From an uncultured archaeon (lineage in GTDB: Archaea; Asgardarchaeota; Thorarchaeia; Thorarchaeales; Thorarchaeaceae), in NCBI GenBank assembly GCA_964610875.1, contig CAZSWP010000022.1, positions 1-60,982 on the forward strand: a stretch of DNA of 60,982 bases, written 5' to 3'. The notes beneath the pieces are model-generated. The model saw only the letters and a list, made by a program, of their open reading frames with translations. It did no database searches and had not been told where the DNA came from. The position numbers and the translations under genes were made by a program. Positions within the stretch are counted from its first letter, which is position 1, and every line of letters starts with the position of its first letter. Positions 30,903 to 40,763 of the stretch are shown one piece after another.

Positions 30903-31619
30903 GTGAAGTTATCTGAAGAGAAAATTGAGATGCTTATTGATGCCAGTTCTGAACATAGATGCGAGCCTTACGATTGTTGTGTTCAGCTTGTTGCTATAGC
31001 AGACCTACCAAGTAGGTTTGGTGAATTTCAAATCTGTGGTTTAGTTAGTCCTTGTGATGGAAAAGAACATACTGCTATCATTAAAGGCGACATAGTGGGG
31101 AAGGAGAATGTGCTTTGTCGAGTTCATTCAGAGTGCCTTACAGGTGATGTAATGGGCAGTAAAAGATGTGATTGCAGGGATCAACTACTTGAATCTCTAA
31201 AAAGAATTGAAGCAAATGGTTCAGGAGTTTTGCTTTATTTGCGGCAAGAGGGTCGGAACATTGGCCTCACTGAGAAATTGAAGGCATATGCACTACAGGA
31301 CCAAGGACTTGATACCGTTGATGCTAATCTCGCGTTGGGATGGCAACCTGATGAACGTGATTATGGTATTGCTGCTCATATTCTTCGAACATTAGAAGTG
31401 AAGTCAATTCGATTGTTAACTAATAATCCTGAAAAACTACAACAACTTAAGAATCACGGAACCAAAATAACTGAGAGAGTCCCGTTAATCATTGAACCCA
31501 CTGATGAGAATGAATGGTATCTAAAAACAAAGCAAAAACGTTCTGGCCATCTTTTAGGTGAACTCTCAGAAATCACTGACGTTGAAAAAGCTATAGAAAC
31601 ATTTGGTGGTCATTCATAG
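30903..31619 (+). CDS. ribA: GTP cyclohydrolase II
   Basis: RVHSECLTGDVMGSKRCDCRDQL, QEGRNIGL, LLTNNPEK, YLKTK..RSGH. Confidence 0.95.
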   Translation: MKLSEEKIEMLIDASSEHRCEPYDCCVQLVAIADLPSRFGEFQICGLVSPCDGKEHTAIIKGDIVGKENVLCRVHSECLTGDVMGSKRCDCRDQLLESLKRIEANGSGVLLYLRQEGRNIGLTEKLKAYALQDQGLDTVDANLALGWQPDERDYGIAAHILRTLEVKSIRLLTNNPEKLQQLKNHGTKITERVPLIIEPTDENEWYLKTKQKRSGHLLGELSEITDVEKAIETFGGHS

Positions 31620-31620
31620 T

Positions 31621-32883
31621 CTATTCAGGGGACGTACTAATCTCCTGTTTCTCATAGTTTCCAATATTTTTGAGGACCAATCCTAAAATAACTATAAATG
31701 TTAATCCTAGGAATCCAGAGAAAACAAAGAGATATCGAAGACTTCCAGAGAATGTCCAAATCCATGCGCCTATGTTAGAAGCAAGTACACTGAACATACT
31801 CATGATGAATGAGAATGTGCCAAGAGCTCTGCCCTTTTTCTCTTCGCTGACTTCTGATACAATTAGAGTCCTTTCAGACCCAATCCAAAATACTACAAAT
31901 GGCGACCAGATTATCATCAGGAAGTATAGAATGAAAATTCCTTCAAAAACGCCAAATCCAAAAATGATAGACACATATCCAAGTGCGCCAATGATAGATG
32001 CTGTTCGTATTTTTTTGTCAGCATAAGTTCCAGCATAAAAGGTAATTATAGCAATACATAGTGAAGATATTCCCCAAGAAATTCCATAATCCCAGAGATT
32101 TATTCCCCAGTCATCGACCACAAGATTTCCAAGATATGGGAATGCTAATCCTGTAGCAAAATATAGACCTAGGAATCCAACTGTTACTTTCCAAAAATCA
32201 GTGCCCAAGCCTCTTATGGCAATCTTTGGACCAGCTCTTGCTTTCTTTTGTATCTCTGTATCCAGCGTTTCTCTTAGTATCCCATAGGTTATAACTAATG
32301 CAAAAGCCGCACCGAGTCCTCCTAGGAGGAGTAGAATTCTTGCTTCATATCCAGAATATAATAATGCTGATGCAATGAACGGGCTGATTCCATCGACAAG
32401 AAATGCAGGTAGGAGAACCATCGCAAATGTACGAGCTGAATCCTTCCCTTCATCTATTGCGATTTGGTCTGCTGCACCTGCTCGAGAGATTAGGACAACA
32501 AACGACCAACCGAATGATAAGGTGAAATTACTGAGTGGGAATAACGGCCAAATTGGAAAGAAGTATAGCATTAGACCCCCAACTACCATAGGGATATATC
32601 CTACAACAAGGGTCTTCCTCCTTCCTATGAAATCTGATACTATCCCGCAGACAAATGAACCAACTATATGCGCAAAAGTCCCTGCAGAGAATGTTAGACC
32701 CATCTGCCAAGGCTCTATTATTGTGGCCATGAATACTCCGAATTGCCAGTACCAAATACTGATCGAAAACTGTCCAATTCCGACAACAAATGCTAGGCGC
32801 CATAGATTCTTCGTCAGACCACCATACCTTCTAGAGCCTGCAAGCACATCTGCTGGAATATCAGGCATAATGGGGTCTGTCAA
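31621..32883 (-). CDS. MFS transporter
   Basis: About 12 TM; GIVSDFIGRRK motif A; KKGRALG. Confidence 0.88.
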   Translation of the reverse strand: MTDPIMPDIPADVLAGSRRYGGLTKNLWRLAFVVGIGQFSISIWYWQFGVFMATIIEPWQMGLTFSAGTFAHIVGSFVCGIVSDFIGRRKTLVVGYIPMVVGGLMLYFFPIWPLFPLSNFTLSFGWSFVVLISRAGAADQIAIDEGKDSARTFAMVLLPAFLVDGISPFIASALLYSGYEARILLLLGGLGAAFALVITYGILRETLDTEIQKKARAGPKIAIRGLGTDFWKVTVGFLGLYFATGLAFPYLGNLVVDDWGINLWDYGISWGISSLCIAIITFYAGTYADKKIRTASIIGALGYVSIIFGFGVFEGIFILYFLMIIWSPFVVFWIGSERTLIVSEVSEEKKGRALGTFSFIMSMFSVLASNIGAWIWTFSGSLRYLFVFSGFLGLTFIVILGLVLKNIGNYEKQEISTSPE

Positions 32884-33086
32884 TTTCTTTTAACCTCACT
32901 TAGTATAATCCGTTCAAAATGTGTAGTATAATAAACCGCCGTTTAAAGCCATCATATATACCATATCATTGTGACTAACATGAATTACATACAAGTATTA
33001 GGTTTGAGATTCTTCATGTATCACACAACGCTTAAAGTGCGGCTGTATTTTGTCACAGTCGTATTAATTGAAATGAGTGAAATGAA

Positions 33087-35105
33087 TTGATAATTCTAGA
33101 GGGGAATGATCTAAGGCTCAATCGTGCAGTCACTTTTGAGTGGCTATACACAAATGGTCTTGGAGGATATGCCTCTTCAACTGTAGTTGGATTGAACACA
33201 CGTGGTCATCATGGTCTCTTAGTTTCATCCCTTAGTCCTCCTGTCGATAGGTGGCTTACTCTCTCTAGATTGGACGAAGTTCTTGCAACATCTTCAGAAC
33301 CCTGTAATCTGACAACCGAACATGCAAAGAAGGGAGTCACTCAGCGAGGATACAGAAATATCAAGAGATTTCTATTGAACCCACTACCTCAATTTACTTA
33401 TGCTACTGATTGTGTCAATGTTGAAAAGACGATATTCATGGCCTACAGAAGAAATCTTACAGTTGTAAACTACGAGTTAAAAAATACTAAAGAAACGATA
33501 CTAACTGTCACACCTGTTCAGACTTGCCGTCCGTTAGCAAATAGACACAAAAAACTTGATTTCACTCCAGAAGTTGAAGCAATGGATGAGCATTCGTACT
33601 TGGCTTTTGATGGGCGTGAGAATAGTCCCTGGATGTATGCTTATACTCCTGACGCTGAGTTCATGCCTTCAAAAATCAAAATCACAGAGCCTCAAATTTA
33701 TCGCAAGGACAAGGCAAAGGGTCATCCACATACTGAAGAATTGTATGTTCCCGGTGTGTTTCACACGGTATTGGAGCCTGGCGAGCATTTTCTCTCGTTT
33801 CTCTTTGCAGTGGATTCATCAAGAAAGAAACTAATGCGTGAACTGGGTAATCTTGCTCGAGCAACAAGAAAGGATTTTGCAAAACTTAGATTCGAAGAAT
33901 TACGTAGAAGGAAGATTCTCAATGATAGAGCCTACAGTCTCTCATTACAAGCAAGAGATGAAGATATAGAATGGTTAGTTTATAATGCTGATAGTTTCAT
34001 TGTTGACCGTGCAACCACAAAGAGAAAATCTGTAATTGCGGGATACCATGAACTTGTCGACATTGGTCTGGATGCCATGATTGCCCATACTGGTCTTACA
34101 GTCGCCATTGGTCGCTTTCAGGATGCTCGTGAGATTCTTACGACATATGCTCGTTATTCCAGATACGGATTAATTGCCAATGACTTTCCAGACAAAGGAA
34201 TACAGCCTGAATACGATAGTGTTGATGCATCATTGTGGTTCATCATATCTGTTAAGAGATACATCGATGCTACAAATGATGTTGAATTCTTGAGAGGAAT
34301 TATCTGGGAATCAATGGAATCAATCATCAATTCATTCCGAATAGGTACCAAGTTCAATATCCATGAGGACCATGATGGTCTAATCTTTTCTGGAATTGAA
34401 GGAGTCGAGGTTTCTTGGATGAACGAACGTGTTGGGAATTGGTGTGCAACACCACGAATTGGTAAATGTGTTGAAACTAATGCGCTCTGGTACAATGCTC
34501 TTATGGCGATGGGCGACATGTCTGAAATGATCGGAAGAGACCCCTATGAATATCGAGCTGTAGCATCTTGGATAAAAGAAGCCTTCGTTCAAACATTTTG
34601 GGATGAGAAGGTTGGTTATCTTTACGATTTGGTCACTGATGATGAAAATGACGCTTCGTTACGACCTAATCAAATATTTGCAGTTTCTTTGCCATACACC
34701 TTACTAGACAAAGACCAGGCAAAATCGGTGCTCAAAGTTATAACTAGTGAACTCCTGACACCATTTGGTCTTAGAACTCTAGATAAGAAGGATAAACGTT
34801 TTTCAAGAGCAATGACTGGTGGCCCAAAGAGTAGGGCTGGGGCAGCTCACCAAGGAACTGTCCATCCTTGGTTAATAGGTCCCTTCATTTCCGCATGGTT
34901 AACAGTAAAAGGAAGAACTCCTGGTAATCAGGAAATTGCCGAACGGAAATTCTTCAGACCTGTGCTGGATACAATAAGAAAAGGGTCTCTCGGAACAGTG
35001 TCCGATATGTTCGACGGAACGAAGCCATTCCGTGATCGGGGTGTTGTGTCTAGAGCTAGGAATGTGGCAGAGCTTTTGCGGGTATACTTCCAGGAGATCG
35101 AGTGA
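33087..35105 (+). CDS. Glycogen debranching enzyme (amylo-alpha-1,6-glucosidase, archaeal type) homologue, active site substituted
   Basis: EWLYTNGLGGYASST, SVIAGY, DASLWF, TPRIGKCVETNALWYNAL, LRPNQIFA, LLTPFGLRTL, HQGTVHPWL. Confidence 0.88.
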   Translation: MIILEGNDLRLNRAVTFEWLYTNGLGGYASSTVVGLNTRGHHGLLVSSLSPPVDRWLTLSRLDEVLATSSEPCNLTTEHAKKGVTQRGYRNIKRFLLNPLPQFTYATDCVNVEKTIFMAYRRNLTVVNYELKNTKETILTVTPVQTCRPLANRHKKLDFTPEVEAMDEHSYLAFDGRENSPWMYAYTPDAEFMPSKIKITEPQIYRKDKAKGHPHTEELYVPGVFHTVLEPGEHFLSFLFAVDSSRKKLMRELGNLARATRKDFAKLRFEELRRRKILNDRAYSLSLQARDEDIEWLVYNADSFIVDRATTKRKSVIAGYHELVDIGLDAMIAHTGLTVAIGRFQDAREILTTYARYSRYGLIANDFPDKGIQPEYDSVDASLWFIISVKRYIDATNDVEFLRGIIWESMESIINSFRIGTKFNIHEDHDGLIFSGIEGVEVSWMNERVGNWCATPRIGKCVETNALWYNALMAMGDMSEMIGRDPYEYRAVASWIKEAFVQTFWDEKVGYLYDLVTDDENDASLRPNQIFAVSLPYTLLDKDQAKSVLKVITSELLTPFGLRTLDKKDKRFSRAMTGGPKSRAGAAHQGTVHPWLIGPFISAWLTVKGRTPGNQEIAERKFFRPVLDTIRKGSLGTVSDMFDGTKPFRDRGVVSRARNVAELLRVYFQEIE

Positions 35106-36076
35106 TGTCACTACCAGAAGGTGTGCATCTCATAGAGGTACCAACTCCTTTTCCTGTCGGTAATGTGAATTGTTATCTCATTGATGGTGAACCCCTTACT
35201 CTTATCGATACAGGACTTCGTTCAAGTAAATCAGAGAAGGCACTCAGACAAGGTCTAGAAAAGAGAGGAGCACTATTTGCTGATATTGAACAAATCCTTC
35301 TTACACATGGTCACATTGATCACACTGGTCTGGCAGGACAGATCGCACGTGAGAGTAACGGGGCATGTGGCGTCTTTGTGCATGAAAAAGATGCTTTCAG
35401 AATCATAAACCATGAAAAGTATATGAACGAGCGACTCGCTGAATATTTGAGGTTGGGGAGAATTTCTGGAGTTCCACAAACGAAAGAACTTGATGAATAT
35501 GTGAAAGTGATAGAGCCTCTGTTTTTGAAATATGGTGAATCGGTGTCGAATGTGACTACATTCAATGAGGATGTTTCCCTTAAAACAGGATTTGGTGACC
35601 TCCATACTATTTGGGTTCCAGGCCATTCACTAGGCTCGGTGTCTTATCTTAGTCACAAACATCAAGTGGCATTTACAGGTGATCATATTCTAGGAAATAT
35701 CAGCTCTAATCCAAGTCTCGATTTTGAGGAAACAATGGGAATCTCAATGCTCAGATATTTAGACTCTCTTGATGTCATTGAACAATTCTCCGATTATGTT
35801 GCGTTACCCGGACATCGCGGTATTATTCCTTCACTTGGAGAAAGAGTATCGAACTTGAAAGAAGATTATGTCACAAAGATTAGACATGCTAAGACAGTTC
35901 TTACTAATGAACCGCTGTCATTTTACGAGATTTCACGACTGATATTTCATGATTATCCTGTTGAATCCATGATACTAGCTCTAGCTGAAACAAAGGACCT
36001 GATGAGAATCCTCGAGTCAAGGTCTCTCTGTAGAATCCAAAAGAAGGATGGAGTGTATCTCGCTTCCTTGCGATGA
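35102..36076 (+). CDS. Metallo-beta-lactamase fold hydrolase with C-terminal wHTH
   Basis: LIDTG, THGHIDHTG, PGHS, FTGDH, LPGH. Confidence 0.9.
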   Translation: MMSLPEGVHLIEVPTPFPVGNVNCYLIDGEPLTLIDTGLRSSKSEKALRQGLEKRGALFADIEQILLTHGHIDHTGLAGQIARESNGACGVFVHEKDAFRIINHEKYMNERLAEYLRLGRISGVPQTKELDEYVKVIEPLFLKYGESVSNVTTFNEDVSLKTGFGDLHTIWVPGHSLGSVSYLSHKHQVAFTGDHILGNISSNPSLDFEETMGISMLRYLDSLDVIEQFSDYVALPGHRGIIPSLGERVSNLKEDYVTKIRHAKTVLTNEPLSFYEISRLIFHDYPVESMILALAETKDLMRILESRSLCRIQKKDGVYLASLR

Positions 36077-36316
36077 TTTGTCTATATGATTCATCCAGTG
36101 TAGTTTAATATGCAAAGTGTACTATCATACAATGCAGTTCGCGGGTCTATTCCATCAGAGGACGTAAGGAACTGATCCTTTGATGAAAAAACACTCTGGA
36201 GAAATCTCAAAGCACCATTCGAATTTCTTTGCATATGACAACTACTATTCTAGTCGAAACAATGCAAAGTATGATGGTCTTTTTATGAGAAACACCAGAA
36301 GTGAGGGAATGTAATA

Positions 36317-39300
36317 ATGAAAAAACCGTTAAGCATACTATTAATCGCGATAATGTTAATTGGTTTTACATCTACAATTGGTTTAGTAACAGCTCAAACA
36401 GCTGACCCCTACACCCGAGTTGGATGGCAAGTAGTAGATAAAACCGAAGACATTTCGCACAGCGAGCAAAATTCAGAATGGATTTTCGGTCCACAACCGG
36501 ACATCTGGATTAGCTACGCTGCTAATGGAACCGATATTGCTGAGAATGGTTACGAGATTGCGGTTGGGGAAGAGCTCCTCATTAATATCACAATACCGAA
36601 ATCATTTCTTGGTGATGATGTAACACTTGATGTTGCCAAATTCTGGGGTGCTGCTGGACAGGAACCTGGAGAGAGAGCAATATTTCTTGTGGAATATAAT
36701 GCAACAGCTGATGAATTTGCTCCAGTAGTAACTGTACATTATGAACCTGGACAACAAACACCATCGATGAGCAATTTCCTTGATTTGATTGAGGATGACT
36801 GTGAATATACAGCAACTACTACATATTATCAAGTAGTATTTGCAGTGAATTTCACCGAAGCCGTTATGGATGCAGTCTTTTGGACTGGCATGCAGGCAAT
36901 TGATAATCTTGGTCGACCAGTATCACCATCATGGCTTTCTATGATTCAATCAGGTGGATTTGTGACTCCACCGATGGCACTTGGTGTTGTTGTAGATCCA
37001 AGAGACTTCTCATTGCCTCAGTATTACTATGGAGATATTGTTGACACCAATGGTGAGATTATACACTATGTATCCAACAATGACACTTTCATTGTAAGAC
37101 TTCGTGCAAATCAGGAGTTTGGTGAAATAGTCATACCATTTACTACTCTGACATGGAATGCATCATATCAACAATGGGTTAACTTCACACAACCAGTGAA
37201 TTGGCCTGACTCAATGTATATTGAGAATCCGCCAACAGAGAAGGTCAACTATTCACTAGGTCCTCAGTTATTCCTTGTCCATAATGAGACCGGTACTTTT
37301 GCAGTTGCAGGGTATCCAGAGATATCATTCTATTGGGCGGAAATTGCAGAGGGTATTGGTGCCTGGTTACTAAACTACACTATGACAGAAAACTCAACCA
37401 TCGATGTAGATCAATTCTTTGTACTCAGTGGCACTTACACAGGAGAGTTCAATGATGGCACGAGTGTCCATTGGGGTGGTTACTTCACAAATAGCACTGA
37501 TATGGATCCACATCCATTCAAAGAAGGTGCTGTAATCAGACCGAGTGAAATGCTATACTGGTCCGTTGTTGAGGATGTCGAAGGAAACAAACTCTATCCT
37601 AGACCTGAAATAACAACACTTGAAACTATGAAATTGGCATATAAAGCGGAGTTCATTGAAGCCTTTATTTTCGACGCTGAAGGTAACTTGGCTCAAAAGG
37701 GTGACCAGGGTGAAGAACTCAACATGACCTTCTTTATCCATAAACCCGAGAACCTAGTAAATGGTTCAGCTGAATACTATTGGCAGGACAACCTGTGGCA
37801 AGTAACACAGGAACTTGTCAACATGTCATTGCAGATCTCTGGTTCAGGAAGTGGTGAGAACGAAACTTACTATTGGCGCACAGCCGCAACGTACAACATA
37901 ACTCTGGACTTTGAAAATGATATCTGGCAAGTTTGGTCAGTTTGGGTGAAACAAGCCTATTTCAAAGCAAATGGTTCTGAAGCTGGTGATGTAGAGGTTC
38001 ACATTGGATACAATATGGATGGCTATGTTGTTGTCAATGATTTCAATCTTACAATTGAAGAGGATATGACCACTTTGTATCTTAACATCACATTTGATGA
38101 AGATGCACCATCGATGGTTCTTAATGAAGCTCATATGACAGTAGGTCAAATAGAGAATCTTAGAATATGGAATGGAACTCATTTCACTCTTCCATGGTGG
38201 ACATCTAATCCAGATGATTATGCTGATTGGATTGATCAATACAAACGACATGATGTAAGTGGTGAGATAGTCTGGAGTCCTAATAATTTCCGACTTGGGA
38301 ATGTACCTGTTTGGAAACCACCAATTTGGACGGTGACTGATGAAGGTGCAATAGATCTTGATGGCAATACCTATACAACCGAGGACCAGTATTTCGTTAA
38401 GAGAACTGGTTATTGGGAAGACTGGGGTAATATCACTATCGAAGGAATGCATGTCAATACTACATTTGATCCATCACCTGGAGAACCGGGTGACGAGTTC
38501 TTCTCTGATACTTACATGGGTGTAGTACAACTGATCATGGAGTTTGAAGCCAACGAGACTTTCTACTGGTACAAAGCCTCAGATATGTCTCCTGTGCCTG
38601 ACGAAGAACTGGATGACATTCGCGAGATAATGTGGGCAGATGAAACCGAGGATATACCTTCACCGGGTTATGTCTATGTTGCATGGCTCTCCAAGAATCG
38701 AACTATTGACACTTCCCAAATACCTGGCCTAGAAGCTGGTGTCTGGAAGAATACATGGTTTGCTTGGGGTACAACTCAGATATTTCAGGTTTCAACTTCA
38801 GAAGCAAGGCGGACTTGGGCAGTATTTAGGTCTGAATACGCTGGAATGCTACTATACAACGACCCAGCTGAGGTCAGTGCACCTGATTTCACTGTCGAAG
38901 ATGGTGGAATTCAAAGCGACGAACTAACACATCTTGTATTGATTGAAGACATAGATACCATCGAATTAAGACAACCATTTGGAGCAACCAATGGAAGTGG
39001 ACTAGTCACAGTATCACCTGATACCGATGTTGAATTCGGAGTGTCTATCAAGGGAATCGATGTTGTCATCTATCCACTACAGATCGAAAATGGTGAGGGA
39101 CTCAGAAGTCCTTGGGACCTACGTCAATCATATGAAGGTGGGATGGGTCTAAATTCATCCAACTTCGACTACTGGATCACAACAGCCACGATTGACGAAA
39201 TGGCATTCGATGTCACATTCAGTGTTGACATGGTTGCGTACAATGCATCTGACCCTACAACATGGAACCATGCTGCGTCATTCAAGATAGACCAAGTGAT

Positions 39301-39922
39301 TGGAAATTGGACTCTGAATGAGTTTGACAATAGTGTACTTGATGAAAGGTCACTTGCTGTGAACTTCTTTGGTATCTTAGGTACTGTATCTAGAACTCAA
39401 TATCAAGCAGGTTCTGAACCTGTCACGGATACCAACGGCGGAAGTGTTGATGCCAACTATTATGAGTTTGGTGCTGAGAACACAGTCTTTGCTAACGTTA
39501 GTATGGGCGGTCTTCCTTATACTTGGGGCGGAGATGGCTTCACTACAGAATACATGTCAGGCTCCTCAACAGCTCCAATCGGTGCATTCAGTGCTATGTT
39601 CCAATCTAAGTCAGGTCAATCGATAACGCAGTGGAATATCGATGCTTCAATGCTCTTTATGACTGCTGGCTATGCTAACTGGGGTGGACATGCTGTACAC
39701 GTTGACCCAGTATTTGTTTCATATTCCAGTGCTCATCAGACACCTGCTCCAGCAACTACAACTAGCACAACTTCCACAACGACTGGTACAACCACTGGTA
39801 CGACCACTGGTACAGTAATACCTCCAAATGGTGGTGTTGGCAACTTGGGCGTGCTGGTTTTAATTGGTGGCGGACTTATGGTTCTTGTAGTTATTTGTAC
39901 ACTAGCTCGCAGACGTCGTTAG
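36317..39922 (+). CDS. Large cell-surface (S-layer-like) glycoprotein
   Basis: Signal peptide MKKPLSILLIAIMLIGF; acidic/aromatic body with many sequons; Thr-rich linker; C-terminal TM + RRRR. Confidence 0.85.
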   Translation: MKKPLSILLIAIMLIGFTSTIGLVTAQTADPYTRVGWQVVDKTEDISHSEQNSEWIFGPQPDIWISYAANGTDIAENGYEIAVGEELLINITIPKSFLGDDVTLDVAKFWGAAGQEPGERAIFLVEYNATADEFAPVVTVHYEPGQQTPSMSNFLDLIEDDCEYTATTTYYQVVFAVNFTEAVMDAVFWTGMQAIDNLGRPVSPSWLSMIQSGGFVTPPMALGVVVDPRDFSLPQYYYGDIVDTNGEIIHYVSNNDTFIVRLRANQEFGEIVIPFTTLTWNASYQQWVNFTQPVNWPDSMYIENPPTEKVNYSLGPQLFLVHNETGTFAVAGYPEISFYWAEIAEGIGAWLLNYTMTENSTIDVDQFFVLSGTYTGEFNDGTSVHWGGYFTNSTDMDPHPFKEGAVIRPSEMLYWSVVEDVEGNKLYPRPEITTLETMKLAYKAEFIEAFIFDAEGNLAQKGDQGEELNMTFFIHKPENLVNGSAEYYWQDNLWQVTQELVNMSLQISGSGSGENETYYWRTAATYNITLDFENDIWQVWSVWVKQAYFKANGSEAGDVEVHIGYNMDGYVVVNDFNLTIEEDMTTLYLNITFDEDAPSMVLNEAHMTVGQIENLRIWNGTHFTLPWWTSNPDDYADWIDQYKRHDVSGEIVWSPNNFRLGNVPVWKPPIWTVTDEGAIDLDGNTYTTEDQYFVKRTGYWEDWGNITIEGMHVNTTFDPSPGEPGDEFFSDTYMGVVQLIMEFEANETFYWYKASDMSPVPDEELDDIREIMWADETEDIPSPGYVYVAWLSKNRTIDTSQIPGLEAGVWKNTWFAWGTTQIFQVSTSEARRTWAVFRSEYAGMLLYNDPAEVSAPDFTVEDGGIQSDELTHLVLIEDIDTIELRQPFGATNGSGLVTVSPDTDVEFGVSIKGIDVVIYPLQIENGEGLRSPWDLRQSYEGGMGLNSSNFDYWITTATIDEMAFDVTFSVDMVAYNASDPTTWNHAASFKIDQVIGNWTLNEFDNSVLDERSLAVNFFGILGTVSRTQYQAGSEPVTDTNGGSVDANYYEFGAENTVFANVSMGGLPYTWGGDGFTTEYMSGSSTAPIGAFSAMFQSKSGQSITQWNIDASMLFMTAGYANWGGHAVHVDPVFVSYSSAHQTPAPATTTSTTSTTTGTTTGTTTGTVIPPNGGVGNLGVLVLIGGGLMVLVVICTLARRRR
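39777..39814 (+). repeat. 12-bp tandem repeat (acNacNactggt x3) encoding TTTG
   Basis: acaacgactggt acaaccactggt acgaccactggt. Confidence 0.7.
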
Positions 39923-39932
39923 AATATGATAA

Positions 39933-39969
39933 GAGGGATATTTACTATCCCTCCCTTTCTTTATTTTTT
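39933..39969 (+). terminator. Hairpin + T-tract terminator after surface protein gene
   Basis: gagggata-tttac-tatccctc followed by ctttctttatttttt. Confidence 0.65.
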
Positions 39970-39974
39970 GAAAC

Positions 39975-40619
39975 TTAGAATAAACCTGGCGGCAACCCAT
40001 CCGCTATTTTTGCTGGGCTACTCAGAAAACTATCATCGAATGGCATTACCAAAGTCCATCCATCTTTCGAATACTCATAGGTTGCACAAGATGCATGACC
40101 AAGATAGAGCCAGTCCTCCACTCTTGGTGGTCCACCAACAACAAGGAGATTGAAAAGAACAGCAACTAAGGGGTGCGTAACAACAGCAATGACATCTCCC
40201 GAATTTCTCTTAGCTAAATTCATTATGCAGTCTCTCATTCTTTTTTGTGCAGCTAGTAGAGATTCGCCATTTGGAGCAGGCTGGGATTCATCCTTCCAGA
40301 GTTCGCTGATGATTTCATATGCCTTTTCATCGTCTAACTTGACTCCAATATCAATCTCTGATAGACATTCTATAGTTTCCATACGTGAACCGAATTCTTT
40401 CTGTAGCATCATTGCAGTTTGTTTACACACATCTGATTTTGCAGAGTATAAGGTCTTAACAACAGGAATCAACCGGGACCGTGCTAATTCCATGACTTGG
40501 TTCCTGCCCCTTTCAGAGAGACCTGTATGATTATAGTTATGCTCAGCGTGAACAAGAAGGTAGATCATTGTCCGTGTTAGTGTTCCACCAATCTCCCGTT
40601 CTTGGACAAGGTCAAACAT
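39975..40619 (-). CDS. Histidine phosphatase (phosphoglycerate mutase) fold protein with degenerate RHG motif
   Basis: YLLVHAEH, GLSERGRNQ, LSEIDIG, PNGES, VVTH; probable start at MIYLLV (~40568). Confidence 0.78.
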   Translation of the reverse strand: MFDLVQEREIGGTLTRTMIYLLVHAEHNYNHTGLSERGRNQVMELARSRLIPVVKTLYSAKSDVCKQTAMMLQKEFGSRMETIECLSEIDIGVKLDDEKAYEIISELWKDESQPAPNGESLLAAQKRMRDCIMNLAKRNSGDVIAVVTHPLVAVLFNLLVVGGPPRVEDWLYLGHASCATYEYSKDGWTLVMPFDDSFLSSPAKIADGLPPGLF

Positions 40620-40763
40620 TGTTTTGTCACAAGATTCTAGAAGAATTAGTCCATATTAAGGCTACTCGAAGTGGTAGAATTAATACTGACAGAATATCAC
40701 TAATTTGGCGGTGCCAGAATATCTTTAAACGTTCACGATTCTGCTTACTTTGAGGGATGATAT

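Noticed and set aside
36191-36220. ctctggaga...cacc resembling a glycine riboswitch
   Set aside because: The downstream gaag and ctctcagg elements are absent
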